Positions 51,549-62,551 of a stretch of DNA of 64,000 nucleotides are shown here, one piece after another. The notes under the pieces were generated by a model. That model worked only from the letters and a program-made list of their open reading frames with translations, did no database searches and was not told the origin of the DNA. Origin of the DNA: Nitrospirota bacterium (GTDB lineage: Bacteria; Nitrospirota; Thermodesulfovibrionia; Thermodesulfovibrionales; JdFR-86); contig CAVRJY010000002.1 in the NCBI GenBank assembly GCA_963721805.1, positions 32,001-96,000 of the forward strand, in the 5' to 3' direction. Position numbers and translations under genes: made by a program. Numbering within the stretch: the first letter of the stretch is position 1; each line of letters opens with the position of its first letter.

Positions 51549-52646
51549 CTATACCAGCAGCCTGTCGCGCTTCGAGGTGATGTCTTTTAAAAGGGACTCG
51601 AACGAGGCGATGAAGGACTTGACCCCGTCGGCCTCGAGCTTCTCCGTGCAGGCGTCTATGTCTATGCCGCGGCCGCGGAGCTTATCGAATACGCCCGCGG
51701 CCTCGCCGATCCCGTCGTCTATCGCGACGCGCACCGAGCCCTTGGCCTTGAAGGCGTGCAGCGTGGCCTCCGGCAGCGTGTTTACGGTGTCCGGGGCGAT
51801 GATCTCCTCTACGTACTTCACTGGGCTGTAAGCGGGGTTCTTCGTCCCGGTGCTGGCCCAGAGCAGGCGCTGCACCGATGCGCCCTTAAGCGCGCCAAAG
51901 CGCGCCGAGCCGAACGCGGAGCGGAAGTGGCTGTACGCGACCTTCGCGTTTGCGACCGCAGCGAGGCCCATCAGCGAGGCGTCCGCGCCCTGCGACTCGA
52001 GGATGCCGTCGACCATCGTATCTACGCGGCTTACGAAGAAGCTCGCGACCGATGCTATGCCCGAGACCGGCTTGCCCTCCGCCGCTCGGCGCTCAAGCCC
52101 GCGCAGGTAAGCCTCGGTGACGTCGATGTAGCGCGCGACCGAAAACAGCAGCGTGACGTTTACGCTCACGCCCTGATATATGAGTTCCTCTATCGCGGGG
52201 ATGCCCTCGCGGGTGGCCGGGACCTTGATCAGGATATTAGGAAGGTTGAGGCGCGAATACAGCTCGCGGGCCTCGGCCACCGTGGCCGCCGCGTCGTATG
52301 CGATATCCGGGGAGACCTCGATGCTCACGAAGCCGTCAGCCCCAGCCGTGGCGTCGAACACCGGGCGGAGCACCGCCGCCGCATCCGCGATGTCGTCGAG
52401 CGCGAGGCCGAAAAACAGCTCCTTCTCGCCGCGCATGCCGCCCTTGAGCAGGGCGCGCAGGCGCGAGTCGTAGTCGCTGCTCCCCACTATCGCCTTTTGG
52501 AAGATCGTGGGGTTGGAGGTCACTCCGGTGATCGCGTCTTCCGAGACCCAGCGCTGCAGTTCGCCGGAGTCGACCAGTTTGCGGCTTAGGTTATCCAGCC
52601 AGACGCTCTGGCCCACACGATTCAATTGACGAAGATTGTTCCCCAT
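51549..52646 (-). CDS. tal: Transaldolase
   Basis: Motifs SVWLDNLSR, GVTSNPTIF, IKVPAT and VNVTLLFS. Confidence 0.95.
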   Translation of the reverse strand: MGNNLRQLNRVGQSVWLDNLSRKLVDSGELQRWVSEDAITGVTSNPTIFQKAIVGSSDYDSRLRALLKGGMRGEKELFFGLALDDIADAAAVLRPVFDATAGADGFVSIEVSPDIAYDAAATVAEARELYSRLNLPNILIKVPATREGIPAIEELIYQGVSVNVTLLFSVARYIDVTEAYLRGLERRAAEGKPVSGIASVASFFVSRVDTMVDGILESQGADASLMGLAAVANAKVAYSHFRSAFGSARFGALKGASVQRLLWASTGTKNPAYSPVKYVEEIIAPDTVNTLPEATLHAFKAKGSVRVAIDDGIGEAAGVFDKLRGRGIDIDACTEKLEADGVKSFIASFESLLKDITSKRDRLLV

Positions 52647-52714
52647 TTTAAAAACCCTCCCCAAGATTGGATGTGGGTATTCTAACAATTCCGGCTGCCT
52701 GCATGAAAGTGCGC

Positions 52715-53030
52715 GAAAGTCGCGCCAAATCGCGTGATACGTTGTCACGGCTTCGAAGACGCGCCCTCGGAGTACGTCTCAGTACACCGTCGGGCGGTCT
52801 TCTCGCCGTTCCTAGTCTGACGCTGATTTCTCGCGCTTTAAGTTTCTGATGTCTCCATGAGCGAGCGGTCAACGGCATGGTTTGAGGGCCGGTCATACGC
52901 ATATATACGCATATCGCGCGCGCGCGTTTTATTTTATGTGTTCGGATGTTTGAGGCAAATAAGCGGCTAACCATCTGGAAAACATCGTTTTTCTGAGTCC
53001 GGCGCTGTTCGGATGTTCGGATAATTCGCG
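52715..53030 (-). repeat. Module C left ('long') arm
   Basis: Hairpin 52715-52876 is closest to module B right arm (shared GAGTACGTCTCAGTACAC). Diverged subterminal segment has CCGAACA repeats, an A tract, (CG)n and TATATA. Confidence 0.85.
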
Positions 53031-53429
53031 CGGTTTTCGACCCTGCCTCCGAACGCGCGTCGATGCCCGCCTCATTCGCTTCACAGCCCATCGGATATGC
53101 ATCTATCTTGCTCATAGCACCACTATACAACAAACAATGCGATACTTTGGTTTATATATAAACCGAAGTTGATAGGAAAAATTGACCCTCGTGCGTTTTC
53201 TATTAACTATAGTTAGTGAAGATGGCAGTCTGAATCGAGGCATTCTTGTGAAATAATGAACCGTGACTATTTTAGAACGAACCTTTGCCGGGTATCCCGC
53301 GGCCATAGCCGCTTTCACAATAGCCCTCGTGCTTTATGGGTATTGCCCGGCCACCGTGGAAATATTTCGATTGGATTTTAATACACCAATGCGGCGGATA
53401 GTGCTATGCTACAAGCGAACAACATTTTT

Positions 53430-53485
53430 TTAAGGAGAAAACCTTAAGGAGAAAACCTTAAGGAGAAAACCTTAAGGAGAAAACC
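53430..53485 (+). repeat. 4 x 14-bp perfect tandem repeat containing the SD
   Basis: (TTAAGGAGAAAACC)4 ends 4 bp before ATG 53490. Confidence 0.95.
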
Positions 53486-53489
53486 ATAC

Positions 53490-54617
53490 ATGGATGATTC
53501 AAAGGAAATCCGTAAATACGAAAAAACCATCGAAGAGAAAAATGTTCTCATCGAGAAGTTACGGGATTCAGTTGCTCTTTTTTCCCGGCAAGCAGATGAC
53601 GCGCAAGTAGCGCGAATTTTCGCTGAGTATATATTCAATACGGTACACGAACCAGTTTTGATCATTGATGGTGAATTCAAGGTCATCACCGCCAATGTCT
53701 CTTTTTATCGCGACTTTGCTGTTACAGAGCAAGACATTGCAAAGAAGTCCCTCTTCAGCATGGCGGACAACAAGTTGGACATCCCGGGATTAAGGAATCT
53801 CCTCAATGAGATATTGCCAGGCAGCGGCCGGATACATAATTTTCAGGTGGAAATCGAACTGGCCGGGATCGGGCTCAGAAAGTTCCTCCTGAATGCCACT
53901 AAAGTCCCCCAAACGGACGATACGAGAGAGTTTATCCTGCTTGCATTCAATGACGTAACCGAGCAATCCCGGATGGATGAGCAAAAAGACACCCTGATGA
54001 GAGAGATGCACCACAGGATAAAAAACAACCTCGCCGTCATCCAGGCGCTGCTGAGGCTTCAGTCAAAGGATATCGACGATGAAATAGCCAGGGAATATTT
54101 CGATGAGACCCATGCGCGTGTGCAATCGATATCCCTGATCCATGAGATGCTGTATCAATCCCGCGACCTTTCAAACATCAATTTCCTGGAATACATAGGC
54201 AAGCTGATTAAATCCCTCGTCCGTTACAATAAAGAAAATTCAATGGTAAGCATTTCGTTAAACATCGAGTCTATTACCCTTGACCTTGACAGCATGCTGC
54301 CGCTTGGATTAATAGTCACCGAACTTGTGACAAACGCATTCAAGTACGCGTTCCCTGATGGAAGGAGCGGGCATATAACGATCGGGCTTTCAAGCAAGGA
54401 TAATGATCACCATGTCCTCAGCGTAAAGGATGACGGGGTAGGCATCCCTCAGGACTTCGATATCAATAAGGCCGATTCTTTTGGGATGAAGATCATATCA
54501 TCCCTGGTCAAGCAGATCAGGGGGGGCTTGGAAATCCTCAGAGATGGCGGGTCGGAATTCAGGATCAGCTTCCGCAACTTGAAGCCATCCGATTTAGCGG
54601 AAAAAAGCGGTTCATAG
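53490..54617 (+). CDS. PAS + HisKA_2 histidine kinase (cargo)
   Basis: PAS domain; HHRIKNNL, ELVTNAFKYAF and DDGVG. Confidence 0.88.
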   Translation: MDDSKEIRKYEKTIEEKNVLIEKLRDSVALFSRQADDAQVARIFAEYIFNTVHEPVLIIDGEFKVITANVSFYRDFAVTEQDIAKKSLFSMADNKLDIPGLRNLLNEILPGSGRIHNFQVEIELAGIGLRKFLLNATKVPQTDDTREFILLAFNDVTEQSRMDEQKDTLMREMHHRIKNNLAVIQALLRLQSKDIDDEIAREYFDETHARVQSISLIHEMLYQSRDLSNINFLEYIGKLIKSLVRYNKENSMVSISLNIESITLDLDSMLPLGLIVTELVTNAFKYAFPDGRSGHITIGLSSKDNDHHVLSVKDDGVGIPQDFDINKADSFGMKIISSLVKQIRGGLEILRDGGSEFRISFRNLKPSDLAEKSGS

Positions 54618-54846
54618 GCTGCGCTGGTCCCGGATAGCATTGACGGTTCAACTCCCGGTCGCATGTCTTTAAAGGAAACTTCCCAAGATGGACGATCTGT
54701 TCAAGGGCGCCGGGGGACTCTTGGCCCGCGCCATCGCCAATCACGCATATACCGTTTCATAATTTTGAACGCATATTTTTCTTGATTTATTATTTCCCCC
54801 GGCACATAATACTCGGCAGAAATATATCTCGCTGGGGAGGCGAACA

Positions 54847-54969
54847 ATGGCTAAGGATAAATTTTTAAGGTTGTTGTGTCTTTTGGTGTCTGTTGTGCTC
54901 GTTTCATTTGTCGCAGGCTGCACTGGCAGCGGCAGCAGCGGGAGCGTCTTTACTGGACGAACAGCTTGA
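54847..54969 (+). pseudogene. Truncated (or very small) lipoprotein gene
   Basis: GGAGG SD; MAKDKFLRLLCLLVSVVLVSFVAGC lipobox, then stop after 40 aa overlapping the convergent gene. Confidence 0.5.
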
Positions 54970-56531
54970 ATTTCTTTTGCGTAATTCTCAGGTACCATTT
55001 CAGGAAAGCGGGAGTGTAAATAACCTTTATGAATTTACTGAGGAACTTATAACGTTTGCTCTGCGCCCAAAACCTCTTGAGGCAATGCCTGCATTGCACG
55101 AGCTTGTTGAAATACCGCAATGAAGCCGGGAAAAGCCATAACTCGGTATTTTCTTGCAGGACATTGAAATTCTTATAGGTGTTGAGTTTGTTGCAGTGCG
55201 GGCACTCGACGCTCAAAGAAGTATCGTCGACCTGCTCCGGGACGGAGGAGGGACTATGATTTATCCTCGCCTTGGTGATTTCCGTCAGGATATAGCAGAT
55301 ATCGTCGACGGGCATCTGGGTCATATTGTACTGGTCGAAGAAATGATTTTCTATATAGTCGATCTTGTCGGAGATGATGCCTTTTTCCACGCAATAGCGG
55401 TAGAGGACGCTGTCGGGGCACGGGAATATAAAATGCAAGAATATGGCGGCCCAGCTGTGCTCCTTCCAGAAAGCCATCGTCTCGTTGAAGGTTTCAAGCG
55501 TTTCTGCGACGTCGCCGAAGATAAAGCCCGCCTGCAGGCCGATGTTATTTTCGAAGGTCATATGCAGGGCCGCGTGGATCTGCTCGGGGGATATTTTCTT
55601 TTTCATGCTTTTCAGTATCGTGTCGCTGTAGCTCTCAAACCCGAAGCTGACGAGATAGCAGCCGGCTTCCTTCATCGCCTTCAGCATTTCGGAAGAAATC
55701 CTGTCGACGCGGAGCTGGCAGAACCATACCACGTCCCACTGGACCGTTTTCTTCAATTCGGAAAACTTCCTGCAGAACTCAAAGACCCTGTCCTCGTTAT
55801 ACGCAAACAGCTCGTCATAAATCGAGACGAGGTTGATGCGGTACTTCGGGATGGCCAGGCTTAGCTCCTCGATTATCGAGTCTATCGAGCGCTGCCTGTA
55901 TTTGTTGCCCAGCGGGTGATAGCAAAATGTGCACTGGTAGGGGCAGGAACGCGACGCGATGAGCGGGTAGACCCGCGGATAATCGAATAAATAATTGACG
56001 ATATTGTCGGAGGACTTGGCCGCATCCAGCGACAGGCCCAGTTCGAGCGCTTCCCAATCCGGCAAGGGCAATGCGTCTAGGGCGTCTATGGGTTTCCTCT
56101 TGCCGGTGCATACAAACTTGCCGTTGTCGAAAAAACCGATGCCGTCCACCCCGTCGACGGGCGCGCCGCTTCGGATGGCCGTGACAAGTTCGACTATGGT
56201 GACCTCTCCCTCGCCTATAACCGCATAATCGATCCCAAGGTGCGACGATATAAGTTTCGGGTTCGGAGGTTATTATGCCGCCGCCCACTATCAGCTTGCA
56301 GCCGAAAGGCTTCGCGGTCTGGATTATCTTCCTTATCTCTTTCAGCTCGCAGGAGAGGCCGCCTGTGGCGACGATATCGTACTTGTTGTCTCTCAGGACC
56401 TGCGGCAGCGTGCCGGCCCTGTGTTTGCTCAGACAATCGACGTCAAAACCCGCTTGTTTCAAGGAGGCGACGATATAAGCGATACCTGGAGACTCAAGTG
56501 AGTTCGGCGGATTTACACATAAAATTTTCAT
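54950..56531 (-). CDS. B12-binding radical SAM protein; +1 frameshift near 56255 (cargo)
   Basis: N-terminal B12-binding region (VNPP, IVGGG, IGEGE); CPYQCTFC; GFES; C-terminal CPHC..CRHC. Confidence 0.85.
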
Positions 56532-56726
56532 ATATTTATAAGCGGTTTCCCCTTAGAGATATATTTATTTTCGATAGCATAGCACATGGACAACCGCCAT
56601 TGTGAGAAATATAGGCATTAAATAGCCGAAATTATCTTGCGGCAACCATGGGCTGCTTACCGCCCCTGTGATATAATTCACGATGGCCAGGGACACCGCG
56701 CGGGCGTATTATTAAATCCAATCTAA

Positions 56727-56903
56727 GTCTTTGACCTCGTGGGGGTGCGGGGGGGCGTCCGTTGTCCTCTCCCCCCGAAAGCGCGCCCAAATCGGCTTCA
56801 GACTAGGAACCGGACGAAAAACGACCGCAGTCGTATATGGACATACTTCGAGGATCGTTTTTCGGACGGTGACGACGTATCAAGCGATTTGGAGCGCTTT
56901 GAA
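56727..56903 (+). repeat. Module C right ('short') arm
   Basis: GTCTTTGACC plus hairpin; shares apex GTATATGGACATAC with module B left arm. Confidence 0.9.
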
Positions 56904-56963
56904 AAAAAGCCAGTGCAGCCATTTTCTAATTAATGGGCCTCTTTCCCTATGATATAATTGCCA

Positions 56964-58355
56964 ATGGCTGCCGATAAAGGTCTCTTAAGGAAGCTCCCCA
57001 AGGTGGACGACCTGCTGAAGGCCGCCGGGGGGCTGATCGCACGATACCCGAGGCGCTACGTCCTCGACGCGATCCGCTCGACTATAGAGGCCCGGCGCGC
57101 CGATATCCTCGCTGGCAACAAAGTAGACCTCTCCCCCGATGCGATCATGCCTGAGGTCGAGGCCGCGGTCGAGGGGATGTGGGCCCTGAGCCTCGTGCCG
57201 GTTATCAACGCCACCGGCATCGTCATCCATACCAACCTCGGCCGCTCGCCGTTGAGCGAGGCCGCGATAGAGAACGTCGTGAGGGCCAGCCGGGGGTACT
57301 CGAACCTCGAATACGATATCGAACGCGGCGAGCGCGGCGAGCGCTACAGCCACATCACGCGCCTGCTTCAGGAGACGACCGGGGCCGAGGACGGCATCGC
57401 GGTCAACAACAACGCGGCCGCGGTGCTCGTCTGCCTGAGCGCGCTCGCGCGCGGCCGCGAGGTCGTGGTATCGCGAGGCGAGCTGGTCGAGATCGGCGGC
57501 TCGTTCCGCATCCCGGACGTCATGGCCCAAAGCGGCGCGGTCCTTCGCGAGGTCGGCTCTACGAACAAGACGCACCTTGGCGACTACGAGCGCGCGGTCA
57601 ACGAAAACACCGCGCTCATCCTCAAGGTCCACCAGTCGAACTACCGCATCACCGGCTTCACGTCCGAGGTCTCGATCCCGGAGCTCGTCGCGCTTGGGGC
57701 CAGAAACGGCATCCCTGTGATGCACGACCTCGGCAGCGGCTGCCTCATCGAGCTTGCCGGCCACGGCATGCCCGGCGAGCCCTCGGTGCGCGAGGTAGTT
57801 AAGTGTTGCCCGGATAAATCCGGCCCCGATATAGTCACCTTCAGCGGGGACAAGCTATTGGGCGGCCCGCAGGCCGGGCTGATCGTTGGGGCAAAGAGAT
57901 ACATCGACGGGATACGCAGGCACCCGCTGCTGCGTGCGGTGCGCATAGACAAGCTCACTCTGGCCGCCTTGGAGGCGACCCTGCGCGCGTATATCGACGA
58001 GGACGCAGCGCTTCGAGAGATCCCGGCGCTACGCATGCTCTTGGAGCCTTCCGAGTCCGTGAGGCTGAGGGCGCAGAAGCTCAGCCGCATGCTGAAGGGG
58101 GTCGCGGCGCGCGTCGTGGAGGACGAGACATACTCCGGCGGCGGCGCGCTCCCGATGCAGAAGGTGCGGTCGTGGGCCGTGGCGATACCGCCCGAGGGGG
58201 GGCTTTCGGTCAACGCGCTTGAACTTAAGTTGCGCACAGGCGAGCCGCACGTAATCGCGCGCATAAGCGGCGACGCGCTCCTGCTTAACATGCGCACCGT
58301 CCCGGACGCGGAGCTGGCGCCGCTGGCCGCGCGGGTCAGGGAGGCCCTGGGATGA
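56964..58355 (+). CDS. selA: L-seryl-tRNA(Sec) selenium transferase
   Basis: Motifs INATGIVIHTNLGR, SNLEYD, EIGGSFRIPD and FSGDKLLGGPQAG. Confidence 0.97.
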   Translation: MAADKGLLRKLPKVDDLLKAAGGLIARYPRRYVLDAIRSTIEARRADILAGNKVDLSPDAIMPEVEAAVEGMWALSLVPVINATGIVIHTNLGRSPLSEAAIENVVRASRGYSNLEYDIERGERGERYSHITRLLQETTGAEDGIAVNNNAAAVLVCLSALARGREVVVSRGELVEIGGSFRIPDVMAQSGAVLREVGSTNKTHLGDYERAVNENTALILKVHQSNYRITGFTSEVSIPELVALGARNGIPVMHDLGSGCLIELAGHGMPGEPSVREVVKCCPDKSGPDIVTFSGDKLLGGPQAGLIVGAKRYIDGIRRHPLLRAVRIDKLTLAALEATLRAYIDEDAALREIPALRMLLEPSESVRLRAQKLSRMLKGVAARVVEDETYSGGGALPMQKVRSWAVAIPPEGGLSVNALELKLRTGEPHVIARISGDALLLNMRTVPDAELAPLAARVREALG

Positions 58356-59032
58356 GCTGGTACAATTCGGCCGATACCCAGGAGGCCTTGATACGGCTTT
58401 TGGTGGCGGCCGTCCTGGGCGGCATAATCGGTTTCGAGCGCCAGCGCCATGGCCGCCCGGCCGGGTTTCGCACCCACCTGCTCGTCTCCGTGGCATCGGC
58501 GCTCCTGATGGTGCTGGCCGGGCAGCTCCAGCACCGCTTCACCGACCCCCTGTATCGCATCGACCCCACGCGCGTCGCGGCCGGGGCGATCACGGGCATA
58601 GGATTTCTGGGCGCGGGCGTGATATTCCGGGCAGGCGCGACCGTGCAGGGCCTGACCACCGCGGCCTGCCTCTGGATGGCCACCGCTGTCGGGCTTGCGG
58701 CCGGGGCCGGGGCGTATACGCCGAGCGTCATCGCGGTCTGCATCACGATCTTCGCGCTCCTGGCGCTCCGGTACGTCGAGCGCCGTACGCTCCAGATAAT
58801 GTTCCGCACGATCTCGATAGCGTCGGACTCGATCATGTCCGAAGACGAGATCAAGGCCGTGCTCGACCGCCACGGGCTGCAGATCAACAACATCGACTAC
58901 GAGGCCGACATCGCGGCCGGCACGTCCCACTATACGATCTCGGTGGCGTATGACAGCATCGTCAGGATGGCCCCGCTGCTTTCGGACCTCTCGGCGCTCA
59001 AGGGCATGCGCCGCGTCGCTATCCGCGTATAG
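58352..59032 (+). CDS. MgtC/SapB family protein
   Basis: Motifs IGFER, AGFRTH, GIGFLGAG and GLTTAA. Confidence 0.92.
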   Translation: MSWYNSADTQEALIRLLVAAVLGGIIGFERQRHGRPAGFRTHLLVSVASALLMVLAGQLQHRFTDPLYRIDPTRVAAGAITGIGFLGAGVIFRAGATVQGLTTAACLWMATAVGLAAGAGAYTPSVIAVCITIFALLALRYVERRTLQIMFRTISIASDSIMSEDEIKAVLDRHGLQINNIDYEADIAAGTSHYTISVAYDSIVRMAPLLSDLSALKGMRRVAIRV

Positions 59033-59140
59033 TAAATCGCTTCGGCCGCCAGAGGCTGAGATCGCGGCAAAGAAAAGGGGCCAGTCGGCCCCATACCACC
59101 AATCGGGCTGTCCCAGATGCTATAATATAGATTCAAAATC

Positions 59141-60142
59141 ATGGCAACTTATCTGGATTTCGAGAGGCCGATCGAGGACCTGGAGCTCAAGATCGAGGAG
59201 CTCCGGCGCATCTCGGACGGCACGGACCTGGACATATCCTCCGAGCTCAAGAAGCTCGACCGCAAGGCCGGGGAGCTTAGGGCCGAGATATTTTCGGGCC
59301 TCACGCGCTGGCAGAAGACCCAGCTCGCGCGCCACCCCGACCGCCCATACACGCTCGACTATATCGGGCTGATTGTAAAGGATTTTATCGAGCTGCACGG
59401 CGACCGCCGCTTCAGCGACGACCTCGCGATAGTCGGCGGCCTCGGCAGGATAGGGGACGTCTCGGTGATGGTCATAGGCCACCAGAAGGGCAGGGGCGTG
59501 AAGCGCCGCATCGAGCGCAACTTCGGCCAGCCCCACCCGGAGGGCTACCGCAAGGCGATGCGCCTGATGCGCCTGGCCGAGCGGTATAAAAAGCCGGTCG
59601 TCACGTTCATCGACACCCCCGGCGCATACCCCGGCATCGGGGCCGAGGAGCGCGGGCAGGCCGAGGCGATAGCGACGAACCTGATGGAGATGTCCCGCCT
59701 GCGCGTGCCGATAGTCTCGGTCGTGATCGGCGAGGGCGGCAGCGGCGGGGCGCTCGCATTGGGCGTGGCCGACCGCCTCTATATGCTCGAACACTCGGTG
59801 TATTCCGTGATATCCCCCGAGGGCTGCGCCTCGATACTCTGGCGCAAGAGCGGGGCGCTCACGGCCGAGGACTTCGCGCGCGCCGCGGACGCCCTGAAGC
59901 TCACCGCGCAGGACCTGCAGGAGTTCAAGGTCATAAACGGCATCATCCCCGAGCCGATGGGCGGCGCCCACCGCGACCCGGCCGAGGTCGCCCGCGGCAT
60001 CGAGGCGGCCGTCACACAGGCGCTTGCCGAGCTGATGCCGAAGGCCCCCGGAAAGCTCACCGAGGAGCGCTACCGCAAGCTCCGCCGCCTCGGCGAGTAC
60101 ACGGACGAGCAGAAGACCGCGGCCAACGCGGACGAAGGCTAA
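59141..60142 (+). CDS. accA: Acetyl-CoA carboxylase carboxyltransferase alpha
   Basis: Motifs YLDFERP, ELHGDR, PEGYRKA and GEGGSGGAL. Confidence 0.97.
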   Translation: MATYLDFERPIEDLELKIEELRRISDGTDLDISSELKKLDRKAGELRAEIFSGLTRWQKTQLARHPDRPYTLDYIGLIVKDFIELHGDRRFSDDLAIVGGLGRIGDVSVMVIGHQKGRGVKRRIERNFGQPHPEGYRKAMRLMRLAERYKKPVVTFIDTPGAYPGIGAEERGQAEAIATNLMEMSRLRVPIVSVVIGEGGSGGALALGVADRLYMLEHSVYSVISPEGCASILWRKSGALTAEDFARAADALKLTAQDLQEFKVINGIIPEPMGGAHRDPAEVARGIEAAVTQALAELMPKAPGKLTEERYRKLRRLGEYTDEQKTAANADEG

Positions 60143-60178
60143 ATTGCCCAACATATATCCGACAGGAGACGCTCACCG

Positions 60179-61493
60179 ATGATCGCACGCTATACGAGGA
60201 CCGAGATGGGCAGGCTCTGGGAGCTTGAAAACAAATACCGCACGTGGCTCGACGTAGAGCTGGCGGCCTGCGAGGCATGGGCCAGCCACGGCGAGATCCC
60301 AAAGGAAGCCCTCCGCGAGATCAAAAAGACCGCGGCCTTCAACGTCGAGCGCATCGAGGAGATAGAGGCCGAGGTCAAGCACGACGTGATCGCCTTCCTC
60401 ACCTCGGTGGCCGAGTACGTCGGCCCGGACAGCAGGTATATCCACAAGGGGCTCACGTCATCGGACGTCGTCGATACCGCGACCTCGATCCTGATGCGTC
60501 AGGCCTCGGACATCATCATACAGGACCTCGGCGAGCTCCTCGACGTGCTAAAGCGCCAGGCCTTCGCCCATAAAGACACGGTCTGCATAGGCCGGAGCCA
60601 CGGCGTTCACGCCGAGCCGATGGTCTTCGGGCTCAAGTTCGCGCTGTGGTATGAGGACATGAGGCGCAACCTCTGCCGCATGGAGCGCGCCCGTGAGGTC
60701 ATAAGCGTGGGCAAGCTCTCCGGGGCCGTGGGGACGTTTTCGAACATCCCGCCGGCGATAGAGGAGAAGGTGTTAAAGAAGCTCGGCCTCGCGCCCGAGC
60801 CGGTCGCCACGCAGGTAGTCCAGCGCGACCGCCACGCCGAATACATGACCACGCTGGCGCTGATCGCGGCCGGGATAGAGAAGATCTCGATAGAACTCCG
60901 CCACCTCCAGCGCACGGAGGTCCTCGAGGCCGAGGAGCCGTTTAGCAAGGGCCAGAAGGGATCCTCCGCGATGCCGCACAAGCGCAACCCGATAGGGGCC
61001 GAGAACCTCTCCGGCCTGTCGCGCATCGTGCGCACCAATGCCATAGCCGCGCTTGAGTCCGTCGCGCTCTGGCACGAGCGCGACATATCGCACTCCTCGG
61101 TCGAGCGCGTCATCATCCCAGACAGCACGATACTGGTCGACTACATGCTCGTGCGGCTGCGCGGCATCCTCGACGGGCTGCTCGTCTACCCGGAGCGAAT
61201 GAAGAAGAACATGGACGCCTCGTTCGGGCTTTATAACTCTCAGCGCGTGATGCTCGCGCTTGATCGCCAAGGGCATGACGCGCGAGGACGCTTACGCCCT
61301 CGTGCAGCGCAACGCGATGGCCGCCTGGAAGCAGAAGAAGGACTTCCAGCTGCTGCTCGACAAAGACCGCGAGGTCAGAAAGCATATGAGCAAGGACGAG
61401 CTGAAGTCCGCGTTCGACCTGCAGCCGTACCTGAAGAACATAGGATACATCTATAAACGCGTGTTCGGGGGCCGCCTGGCCCATCGCGCTTAA
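60179..61493 (+). CDS. purB: Adenylosuccinate lyase; +1 frameshift near 61261 (probably sequencing error)
   Basis: [11 protein letters not shown]; the C-terminus [16 protein letters not shown] continues in the alternate frame to 61493. Confidence 0.93.
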
Positions 61494-61550
61494 TAACATC
61501 AGCGCCCTGTTGTTTCGGGCGGACTCAGCGAGTTGAAAGGACATGCCGGT

Positions 61551-61958
61551 ATGGGCGGTATCAAGCTGACGACTTTCAGGTGCGGCACCGGGAGGACTCC
61601 CGGCGAGGGGCTGCGCATAGGAACCGTGCGGTATCTCCCGCGCGGAGTCAAGAAAGAAAACTACGCCAAGGAAAACTTCTTCGACGTCTGGCTCCCGATC
61701 GTCGCGCCATCGAGGGAGCTGCTGACCGAGTTCAAGAAGCACGACATAAACGACCCCAAGACACTGGAGACGTTCTTCGGCCGGTACGAGCACGAGATGA
61801 AAAACAGCACCGACGCCAGACAGACGATCCACCTGCTTGCCGCTGTTGCCGCGGAGACGCCGATAGCCATTGGCTGCTATTGCGAGGACGAGAGCCAGTG
61901 CCACCGGATCGTGCTTAAGCGGATCATCCACGAGGTCTCCAAAGGGCAATGGGCATGA
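61551..61958 (+). CDS. DUF488 (YeaO-like) protein
   Basis: Motifs RYLPRGVKKE, WLPIVAPSREL and CYCEDESQCHR. Confidence 0.85.
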   Translation: MGGIKLTTFRCGTGRTPGEGLRIGTVRYLPRGVKKENYAKENFFDVWLPIVAPSRELLTEFKKHDINDPKTLETFFGRYEHEMKNSTDARQTIHLLAAVAAETPIAIGCYCEDESQCHRIVLKRIIHEVSKGQWA

Positions 61959-62551
61959 GACGCACGCTCTGGATAGCACTCGCGTTGCTCATCTGCGCCA
62001 TGATGTCCGGCGAGGCCAGCGCCGCGCGCACCGCCGAGGTGAGGCCGAAGGAGTTAGTGGTGCATAAGCGCGCCTCGGCCGCATCCCCTGTGCTTACGAG
62101 GCTCATGACCGGGCAGAGGGTGGTCGTGCAATCCGAGGCCTCGGGCTGGTGCCGGATCTCGGTGCCCGGCGGGAAGAAGCCCATCGGCTACGTGCCATGC
62201 GACGCCTTGCAAACCCCATCCGCGCCGCAGCCGGCCGCATCCGTGCCGGCCGCGCCTCAGCAGCTCGCCTCGCTGCCCGCCCCGGGTCCGCGCCCGTATT
62301 CGGACATCACCGTGAAGCTTTACATGGCCGACTGGTGAGGGTACTGCAAGAGGGCGCGTGCGTTCCTCAAGGGCCTTGGGGTGAAGGTCGTGGAATATAA
62401 CATCGAGAAGGACGAGGCAGCAGCCGAGCGCCATCGCGCGCTCGGGGGCCGTGGCGTGCCCCTGATCGACGTCGAGGGCATTATCATCCCCGGCTACGGA
62501 GAGGACGAGGTAAAAGCTGCGATCGAGAAACGCTCCAGGGAACCTAAATAG
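61955..62551 (+). CDS. Exported SH3 + glutaredoxin selenoprotein (UGA 62336-62338 read as Sec)
   Basis: Signal peptide, SH3b-like domain, Pro/Ala linker, then LYMADW-U-GYC..EYNIEKD..GGRGVPLIDVEG..GY to TAG 62549-62551. Confidence 0.88.

Noticed and set aside
54640..54665. GGTTCAACTCCC as a tRNA/att fragment
   Set aside because: The T-stem does not pair and there is no acceptor end.
56731..56952. Short similar ORFs inside repeat arms (PRKRAQI.FR)
   Set aside because: They arise from the repeat itself, with inconsistent frames and starts among copies.
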